Of a stretch of 64,000 nucleotides of DNA, positions 57,500-64,000 are shown piece by piece. Within the stretch, counting starts at the first letter, position 1. Each line of letters begins with the position of its first letter. The notes under the pieces were generated by a model. That model worked only from the letters and a program-made list of their open reading frames with translations. It was not told the origin of the DNA and made no database searches. This DNA comes from an uncultured delta proteobacterium (GTDB lineage: Bacteria; Desulfobacterota; Syntrophobacteria; Syntrophobacterales; Syntrophobacteraceae): positions 4,588-68,587 of the forward strand of contig CAVQJR010000011.1 of NCBI GenBank assembly GCA_963712895.1, given 5' to 3'. The translations under genes and the position numbers were made by a program.

Positions 57500-60400
57500 C
57501 AGCTTCTCCTTATCGGAAAAGCATCGAGGTGATGGCGTAGAATGTCTAATGCACATAACCGGGCACGGCTTAGCGTCCAATAACGGTATTGGCCGATGAT
57601 CCCTACAAGCAGATATCTCTCTCCATGGACAATGACACGGCTGCAGCCTGTTCTATTGGCTTCTTCGGTGATCAGAGAAATCAGGTGATTTTGCGCCGCT
57701 TGCGTCGGGACTGGCGAACCTGCGGACGAGGAAACAGAAAAGAAATGCCAAGGAGACAGGAATCCTTGTTTCTCAACCTGAACTTCACGGACTGCCAGGG
57801 TCTCATTTGTCAGATCGAAAGATGGTATCAGTAATTGGTGAAGTTCCGCATAGAAAGCACTGCGCTCGTCTTTCTTTGGGGGGCTGTTGGCACGGTCTCG
57901 GGCTTCCCTGAAGGGAGATGCAATCTCTAGTGTATCTTTCACGACTTGACGCTCATATTCATCGATATCGTATAAATCGAAAATGAAATCGTTAATCGCT
58001 TTCCAGGGTTTGACGGCTTCTGTTTCAAGCTGAATAGACAGAGCTTCTGCGTTTAGGCGTTGATCTGGGGATAACAGCTCTGGTGTTGGAAAAGGAAACT
58101 TCTCAATGTTCTCTTTAAGAAAAGTTCTTCGTTCGGCAGCCATCCTGGAGCTAGTCATCAACACATGGTAGCGGAACAAATCACAGTGGGTGATCAGGTG
58201 AAGGAGCGCGATGATAGTGTTCGCTTTGTTGCTGCCAGCCGCAGAGAAGCCGTAATAGCTTTTGCTGAAAACAGCCGATTCATGCACAATCCATGATTTA
58301 GGCGAGTATTTACGCCCTCCCGGCGATTCCGGTACAATGAGCAGCGGAGGTGTATACAATGCAATACATCTGGGCATATGGGCCGTAGGTTGCATGAATT
58401 TACGGAGCAAAAACACGTCGACCGAAAACAGGCCATTTGGTGGTGGAGCAAAATCTGGCAATCTGAGCATGAATGCTGCATCATATTGGCGCAGTTTTGG
58501 TGAACGATCGTATCCCCTCCCTGAATAAAGTCTCATGTCCTTCCAATATGACTCAACGGTCGGCCACTTCGGTTCATCAATCTTGCGGACCACTTGCACA
58601 TCTAGAGAAGTACCTACAGCTAAAGTTTTAAATAGCCAGGGATCATCAATTACTCCTATAGCGGCTACCGGCTGAGCAGATTGATAAGCAAGACGGAGAC
58701 GTCCCACATCGTTTAGGCTTCTTTCAAGATGAGGTGTAAGGAAATGAAAATGATGGCTGGCAGCGGGCACCCGGTTACGTGCAAACAAGAGCATGATAGG
58801 CTGGCTCATGCCTGGCCAGACCGCAGTATCCGACAGATTAGATCCGTTCAATATCCCCGTAATTTCCATTCCATTGAGGATTGCTTCAAAAGCTTGGACA
58901 CCTGATACTGTCTGTTTAAGAAAGATCGGCCCAGGCAGTACCATGGCGATGATGCCCCCCGGCTTGACCCACTGTGTCGCTTTCCATAAAAAAGGGAGGT
59001 CGGGGTTGTTATCGGGATTGCGGTAAGACTCTGCAAGTCCTCCGAGGCCGCGATTTTTTAGTGCCTGGCGTGTTAGACCCGTGAATGCGGCGTTATGTTC
59101 TCTAACTTGTTTCTTGGACTCTTCATCGTCGCCTTTAAGCCGCCCCCATGGTGGATTGCCGATGACCAGATCGAAGCAACCGTCGAAATCTTCGGGGAGA
59201 TCCGAACTCAGGCTACCCAGCACAAATCCCTTTGCCTCCTGCTCTTCAGGCCTCCTAAAGTTATGCAGCGCCGCACCCTGAAGCGGTTTAGGGAATCTCA
59301 GGCTTTTGGGAGGCCGCTGAGTCCCATTGAGTTCAACAGCGGTGATATAAAGTGACAATGCCGCCAGGCGTAACGCAGATTCATTAACATCGAAACCACA
59401 TAATTGAGTGTAGAGGATAGACTGAATCGTCTTGGTATCAGGTCTTTTACCGTCATGTTCCCACCGGGCCGCTACAAGCTTTCTAAATGCAAGGACGAGA
59501 AAAACTCCGGCACCGCAACTCGGGTCCAGGATTCGAGCGTCCTTCTTATTGGATAGACCGTCAAAAGCATCGTCCACAAGGTATTGAGCAATGTTCCTTG
59601 GTGTATAGTACGCGCTTGTCTGTTTCCTGTGTTGAGGATCCCAGATTTTGCTGAAATTTTCATACACCTGACTGAGTACACCTATAGGAATGTGTGCGAA
59701 GTCGAGATTGCCCCAATCAATAGTGGTTTGGAATGAGGCCCCAACATGTTTCCATCCTTCCAAAATAGCTCTGAGATCAAGGAACACTCGACCGTCCGTC
59801 TTCAAATTCGCTTGATTAAAGAGTTCTTTATAATCGCCTGTAAGAGCAAGCAAGTCACCGTTAAAGGTCTCATCCAGCCATCGGCATGTTGCGACAGAGT
59901 TTTCGACATCTCTAAAGCAATCACCGGAGGAATTTGCGTTTGGGCATACAGTATTAAGTTCATTCTGCCGCACTATTTTGCGGTCCCAGAGGAAGCGAAA
60001 GAACAGTGCCCGTCCAAGGAATGAAAGCACATCAAGAGGATTAAGACCGTAGGTCCCGATGAGATCCTCGGAGGAGTGGGTCATGAGATCATTAATTCTT
60101 TTGAATACAAAATCAGCTTCTTTAGGCTGGCCTTCCAGGCTGAAAACACCGTTTATGATACTCTGAAAGAACAGGGGAGCTTCAGGAGTCTCACGTTTTA
60201 TCGTCTTCCCGGCGCTGCCGGCGAGAGCAGAGCGGTCCAAGTTTATCGGATATACAACCAGTTCGCCGGGATTCAAAACACCGAGGTAGGCAATCTCTCC
60301 CCGGTTAGCAAGAAGACACTGTAAGTCCAACCTCTTCTCGGGATCGGAATTCTGTATCTGGCCTCCCGACACGATGTAAAGGAGAGGCCTGGCCTGGAAT

Positions 60401-60543
60401 TCAGCGACCGCATCAACTTTAAAACTCGCGTTTCCCGAGAGCTTCAGCAGATCGAGGTATTCCAAATGCCTGGGGGTTGGCTCGCTATCGAGCCGAACGA
60501 CGTCATGACATCCATAGGCTTTGGCTTCATCAATGACATTCAT
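57499..60543 (-). CDS. Large N6-adenine DNA methyltransferase (gamma-class, Eco57I/type IIG-like core) with unassigned N- and C-terminal regions
   Basis: Motif I ILDPSCGAGVFL, FDVNESALRLAALSL, and motif IV DLVIGNPPWG in the order I then IV. ~330 aa N-terminal and ~450 aa C-terminal to the core are unrecognised. The start overlaps the repressor stop (ATGA, 60540-60543). Confidence 0.85.
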   Translation of the reverse strand: MNVIDEAKAYGCHDVVRLDSEPTPRHLEYLDLLKLSGNASFKVDAVAEFQARPLLYIVSGGQIQNSDPEKRLDLQCLLANRGEIAYLGVLNPGELVVYPINLDRSALAGSAGKTIKRETPEAPLFFQSIINGVFSLEGQPKEADFVFKRINDLMTHSSEDLIGTYGLNPLDVLSFLGRALFFRFLWDRKIVRQNELNTVCPNANSSGDCFRDVENSVATCRWLDETFNGDLLALTGDYKELFNQANLKTDGRVFLDLRAILEGWKHVGASFQTTIDWGNLDFAHIPIGVLSQVYENFSKIWDPQHRKQTSAYYTPRNIAQYLVDDAFDGLSNKKDARILDPSCGAGVFLVLAFRKLVAARWEHDGKRPDTKTIQSILYTQLCGFDVNESALRLAALSLYITAVELNGTQRPPKSLRFPKPLQGAALHNFRRPEEQEAKGFVLGSLSSDLPEDFDGCFDLVIGNPPWGRLKGDDEESKKQVREHNAAFTGLTRQALKNRGLGGLAESYRNPDNNPDLPFLWKATQWVKPGGIIAMVLPGPIFLKQTVSGVQAFEAILNGMEITGILNGSNLSDTAVWPGMSQPIMLLFARNRVPAASHHFHFLTPHLERSLNDVGRLRLAYQSAQPVAAIGVIDDPWLFKTLAVGTSLDVQVVRKIDEPKWPTVESYWKDMRLYSGRGYDRSPKLRQYDAAFMLRLPDFAPPPNGLFSVDVFLLRKFMQPTAHMPRCIALYTPPLLIVPESPGGRKYSPKSWIVHESAVFSKSYYGFSAAGSNKANTIIALLHLITHCDLFRYHVLMTSSRMAAERRTFLKENIEKFPFPTPELLSPDQRLNAEALSIQLETEAVKPWKAINDFIFDLYDIDEYERQVVKDTLEIASPFREARDRANSPPKKDERSAFYAELHQLLIPSFDLTNETLAVREVQVEKQGFLSPWHFFSVSSSAGSPVPTQAAQNHLISLITEEANRTGCSRVIVHGERYLLVGIIGQYRYWTLSRARLCALDILRHHLDAFPIRRS

Positions 60544-61181
60544 GTAATGCCCCGATAATTTCTGATTCGAATTATCCCCTGATAGCGTCCGAAGATCTGA
60601 ATGAGTTCAATCTCGTCCTTGGCGTATTGACGATCGCGAAATGCTGGGTTTTCGGCTTTTAGTATAAGCAGATCTGGTGACAAGTATACCTTTTTCAATG
60701 TGGCCTCCTGCTCTATAAGAACGGCAGCGATCTCTCCATTTTCAACTCTATCCTGTCTCCGGATTACGGCGAGGTCGCCATTTCTGATTCCTGCCCCTGT
60801 CATGTTGTCGCCTGCAATACGGAGAGCAAAAAGCTCACCTCCACCAAAGAGGGAAGGCGGAATTGGAAGATTTTCTTCAATGTTCTGCTCCGCCCACATT
60901 GGAACTCCTCCTGCAATAACTCCAAGCAGAGGGATAGTCCTCTCCTGCTGGGGAGCAACCATTGTATCTGAAATCACGAACTGGATTCCGCGCGCTTTTC
61001 CGAAATTCAGGCGAATGAAACCTTTTTTTTCGATAAGTCCGAGGTGGCCACGCACAGTGTTGAGACTCCGATAGCCCAAGCCATCGCGGATTTCCGCCTG
61101 AGTCGGTGGAGAGCCATGCTTTTTCTGCCACGCGACAATATAGCGGTAAATGCTAGCTTGTTTCTCGGTCAGGTCCTTCAC
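60540..61181 (-). CDS. lexA: LexA-family (S24 peptidase) repressor paralogue
   Basis: Winged-HTH N-terminus (PPTQAEIRDGLGYRSLNTVRGHLGLIEKKG), an Ala-Gly site in LLGVIAGGVP, and an S24 body with Lys in ATLKKV. The catalytic Ser position reads Asn (AGDNM). GTG start. Confidence 0.85.
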   Translation of the reverse strand: MKDLTEKQASIYRYIVAWQKKHGSPPTQAEIRDGLGYRSLNTVRGHLGLIEKKGFIRLNFGKARGIQFVISDTMVAPQQERTIPLLGVIAGGVPMWAEQNIEENLPIPPSLFGGGELFALRIAGDNMTGAGIRNGDLAVIRRQDRVENGEIAAVLIEQEATLKKVYLSPDLLILKAENPAFRDRQYAKDEIELIQIFGRYQGIIRIRNYRGIT

Positions 61182-61200
61182 TGGGTGTCTTTCTAAGATA

Positions 61201-61235
61201 TACTGTATAAATTAACACTGGTATTATAAACAGTA
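61201..61235. promoter_or_regulatory. Two abutting SOS-box-like operators overlapping TATAAT-like hexamers
   Basis: TA-CTGT-ATAAATTA-ACAC (61203-61218) and CTGG-TATTATAA-ACAG-TA (61218-61233). The outer halves are perfect TACTGT/ACAGTA. They lie 20-55 nt upstream of the lexA-like GTG. TTTATAATAC occurs twice on the gene strand. Confidence 0.55.
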
Positions 61236-61282
61236 TTATAAAGCAGAAAGCAAGGGAATTTTTGAAGCTGTGCTTTAGACAT

Positions 61283-61367
61283 TGATTCCCGCGGGTTGCA
61301 CTGATAGCTCGTCAATCCGGGTGCGAAGCACAAGAGGAATTCGTCAAATAATGGCCACTACAGTTCT
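61283..61367. repeat. Right ~85-bp inverted repeat bounding the LexA-MTase cassette
   Basis: Partner of 56704-56790 (51-bp perfect core, a few indels and mismatches outside it). Confidence 0.9.
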
Positions 61368-61428
61368 ATGTCCCCAGAACTCCTCCCGCATGATGGCAAG
61401 TCATAGAATAAGCCTTAAAAATATCGTT

Positions 61429-61452
61429 GCCAAAGGCAACTTTGGCTTTTTT
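61429..61452 (+). terminator. Candidate rho-independent terminator facing away from the cassette
   Basis: GCCAAAG-GCAA-CTTTGGC followed by TTTTTT. No convincing plus-strand CDS lies upstream. Confidence 0.5.
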
Positions 61453-61560
61453 AAGATATCTTACTTATGGAAACCATCCGAGAAGATAGCATAAGGATGG
61501 GCGATCCCTACTTATTTGGATACGCATTAAGATGGGGAAATAAATGCCCGACGTGGCCGT

Positions 61561-62505
61561 TTAAGGCTCCGTTCGGCCGGGAAGGCAGAGGAATTCCTTT
61601 CCGCCGAAGGCCACAAATGCCAGCCGGGCCTCATCGCGCAGCCTTCTTGATTCGATTTCCAGCTCCCCCTCGGCAATTCCAAGCGATGCGGCCAACTCGG
61701 GGATCGTGCACGGCCGCCTTTCTATGGTTTCAAGAATGCGGGCCGCGATATCGGACTTCCCGGCTTCCGCGCCGCGCCCGCCGAAAACGCCGATGATTTC
61801 GGTTCGTTGCGTCTTGAAATAAGAGGCGGCGCGCTTCATCTCCTCTTCCGAAAGGCCCCTGGTGCCGGCACACGCGGGCGGCCTCACCACCGTGTTGAGT
61901 TCTATCCTGTCGGCCCCCGTTTTTTCCGCCGCCAGCGCCAGCGCGGACAATTGCTCGGGGCTGTCGTTTACCCCGGCAACGAGCATGATTTCGATATGAA
62001 ACAGGCCCCGGTACTCACGCCCGAACGCGCGAAGCCCCTCCAATATTTCCGGAAGACCGAGCATTGGATGAGGCCTGTTGATTCGGGCGAATACTTCAGG
62101 GGTGGCCGCATCCAGGGAGGGCACCACCCTGTCGGCTTTGAGAAGATCTTTTCTGACACCCGCGTCGTGCAGAAGCGAGCCGTTGGTGAGCACCACCAGG
62201 GGGATTGCGGGGTACCTGCCCTTGATCTCGCCGATCAGTTCCCCCAGCATGGCATAAAGCGTGGGCTCGCCCGCGCTGGAAAAAGTGAGGGCGTCGGCCC
62301 CCTTCGGGAACCGGCGGAAGAATTGGTCAAGCTCCTTGAGGACTTCGGCCGGGTCGGCGAAATTTTGCCTCTTCAGGCTCAAGTGGGTCGTCGGCCCCGA
62401 TTCGCAGTATATGCAGTCGAAGGAACATGTCTTCGGGGGAATTACGTCTATTCCCAGCGAACGCCCTAACCGGCGCGAAGGCACGGGACCGAATATCAAA
62501 CCCAT
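61561..62505 (-). CDS. Radical SAM protein with C-terminal winged-helix-like extension
   Basis: GPVPSRRLGRSLGI N-terminus, CSFDCIYC (CxxxCxxC) cluster and GEPTL. Confidence 0.85.
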   Translation of the reverse strand: MGLIFGPVPSRRLGRSLGIDVIPPKTCSFDCIYCESGPTTHLSLKRQNFADPAEVLKELDQFFRRFPKGADALTFSSAGEPTLYAMLGELIGEIKGRYPAIPLVVLTNGSLLHDAGVRKDLLKADRVVPSLDAATPEVFARINRPHPMLGLPEILEGLRAFGREYRGLFHIEIMLVAGVNDSPEQLSALALAAEKTGADRIELNTVVRPPACAGTRGLSEEEMKRAASYFKTQRTEIIGVFGGRGAEAGKSDIAARILETIERRPCTIPELAASLGIAEGELEIESRRLRDEARLAFVAFGGKEFLCLPGRTEP

Positions 62506-62530
62506 TGATTTTCCACCATTTCATCCGGCA

Positions 62531-62953
62531 TCAGGCATCTTCGGAAGAGGTCATTTTCATCACCTGGTCCGCCTTGCCGGTGTAGACTTCGCAATCGGAA
62601 CACGAAATTTGCTTGACGTTGCAGCGGTCCCTGATCTCCCAGCACGGCTGAGGGATATCGAGCAGGGCCGGGCAGCTTTTGCGTTCTTGTTCGGAGCAGT
62701 TGCGGATCGACCAGCAGGGCGCCAGGGTGAGCAACTTTTTTACTCCCGCAATGTTCAAGCCCTCCTCGCTCAGCAGTTTGCGCAGGCATTTGAGCCATTG
62801 CAGGTCATTGTTCGAATAAAACCGTTTGCCGCCTCGCCTGGCCGGTTTTATCAGCCCCTCCTGCTCGTAGACCCTGAGGGTCTTGGGATGAATCCCGATC
62901 AATTCGGCGGCTATGCCGATGGAGTATAAAGCCTTGCTGCCGGGTGGGTCCAT
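62531..62953 (-). CDS. MerR-family transcriptional regulator with Cys-rich C-terminal domain
   Basis: YSIGIAAELIGIHPKTLRVYEQEGLI HTH, then seven Cys in the last ~60 aa (CWSIRNC, SCP, CWEIRDRC, CSDC). Confidence 0.8.
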   Translation of the reverse strand: MDPPGSKALYSIGIAAELIGIHPKTLRVYEQEGLIKPARRGGKRFYSNNDLQWLKCLRKLLSEEGLNIAGVKKLLTLAPCWSIRNCSEQERKSCPALLDIPQPCWEIRDRCNVKQISCSDCEVYTGKADQVMKMTSSEDA

Positions 62954-63183
62954 CGTCCCTGAAACCTCCTTAAACCTTTCGGTACAAGATGATATGAACG
63001 GTGAAGGATTATATAAGCTGCATCAGGCATAGTCAACTTTGCCCGGACCGGCATTTGCTCTTCCAAAAATGCTGAAAATACTGTAATTATTAAGGGTTGC
63101 GGGCTGTGGGTTTCAGGTTGCGGGAGCGCGGCCCGGCCGGCGGTCGCAGCCCTTGGAAAAATCGGCCCTTACGGGTATTTTAT

Positions 63184-63243
63184 CCGCAACACGAAACACG
63201 TAACCTCGCCCCGGCAGAGTCCCGGGGCCGGGGCCGCAACCCC
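63184..63243 (-). repeat. V-family repeat, inverted copy
   Basis: The reverse complement GGGGTTGCGGCCCCGGCCCCGGGACTCTGCCGGGGCGAGGTTACG aligns with 36199-36241. GGTTGCGGG words also occur at 63094-63124. Confidence 0.6.
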
Positions 63244-63258
63244 GAAGGAGAATGCCAG

Positions 63259-64000
63259 ATGCGAAGCGATCTAATGAAAAAGGGCGTTGAAAAGGCACCG
63301 CACCGCTCCCTTTTCAAGGCCATGGGATATACACAGTCGGAACTGGACCGGCCCCTCATCGGCGTGGTCAATTCGGCCAACGAAATCATCCCCGGCCACA
63401 TCCACCTGGACAAGATAGCCGAAGGCGTAAAGGCCGGTATCCGGCAGGCCGGAGGCACTCCGATCGAATTCAGCACCATCGGTGTTTGCGACGGGATAGC
63501 GATGAACCACCCCGGTATGCGCTACTCGCTGGCCAGCCGCGAGCTTATCGCCGACTCCGTTGAGATCATGGCCATGGCCCACCCCTTCGACGGCCTGGTG
63601 CTGATCCCCAACTGCGACAAGATCATACCCGGAATGCTCATGGCCGCGCTCAGGCTCAACATCCCGGCGATCATGATCAGCGGCGGCCCCATGATGGCCG
63701 GGCGGGTGGACGGCAAGCAGGTTGACCTCATTTCGGTGTTCGAAGGGGTCGGTTCTTTTAAGGCGGGCCAGATTTCAGCCGACGAGTTGGACCAGCTCGA
63801 AGACAGCGCCTGTCCGGGGTGCGGTTCCTGCGCGGGAATGTTTACGGCCAATTCGATGAATTGCCTGGCGGAGGCCATCGGGCTTGCGCTGCCCGGAAAC
63901 GGGACGATCCCCGCCGTCACCGCCGCCCGGATCCGCCTTGCCAAGCAGGCGGGCGGGCGCATCCTGGACTTGATAGCAAAAGACATCAAGCCGCGCGACA
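63259..64000 (+). CDS. ilvD: Dihydroxy-acid dehydratase, 5' partial (runs off the window)
   Basis: [24 protein letters not shown]...[15 protein letters not shown]...[11 protein letters not shown]...[10 protein letters not shown]...[22 protein letters not shown] lies 8 nt upstream of the ATG. Confidence 0.95.
   Translation, partial: MRSDLMKKGVEKAPHRSLFKAMGYTQSELDRPLIGVVNSANEIIPGHIHLDKIAEGVKAGIRQAGGTPIEFSTIGVCDGIAMNHPGMRYSLASRELIADSVEIMAMAHPFDGLVLIPNCDKIIPGMLMAALRLNIPAIMISGGPMMAGRVDGKQVDLISVFEGVGSFKAGQISADELDQLEDSACPGCGSCAGMFTANSMNCLAEAIGLALPGNGTIPAVTAARIRLAKQAGGRILDLIAKDIKPRD

Overview
About 60% GC by eye. The gene content looks like a Desulfobacterota or deltaproteobacterium-type chromosome, which is inference only. 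I recognised no rRNA, tRNA or CRISPR array. The core genes are listed here.
- Central metabolism: mtnA, gatB, sucCD, a minus-strand sucA-sucB-lpdA 2-oxoglutarate dehydrogenase operon, isocitrate lyase, class III PHA synthase phaE-phaC, and partial ilvD.
- Cell wall and cofactors: a peptidoglycan-recycling cluster (ldcA, serine hydrolase, mpl), coaX, glmM, folP and queH.
- Signalling: a two-component and sigma-54 cluster made of a hybrid kinase, an NtrC-type activator, a REC protein with a Cys4 tail, and a second hybrid kinase.

The intergenic space is crowded with mobile DNA.
- One IS110-family and one IS630-family insertion sequence.
- TA-flanked MITEs whose termini match the IS630 copy.
- A second MITE family built around GTGGGCAC/GTGCCCAC hairpins.
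- At least four further dispersed repeat families.
- Two 5' fragments that look like group II introns.

The most interesting locus is 56.7-61.4 kb. It is an AT-richer cassette bounded by ~85-bp inverted repeats and carries one translationally coupled operon. The operon encodes a LexA-family repressor, a 1014-aa N6-adenine methyltransferase, and a frameshifted nuclease-like ORF with a possible PD-(D/E)xK motif.
- In the repressor, the catalytic Ser position reads Asn.
- Two abutting CTGT-N8-ACAG-like boxes precede the operon.
- I do not recognise this repressor-MTase-nuclease arrangement as a described system, and it appears to be decaying.

All functional calls rest on motif and family recognition by eye. 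No database search was run.
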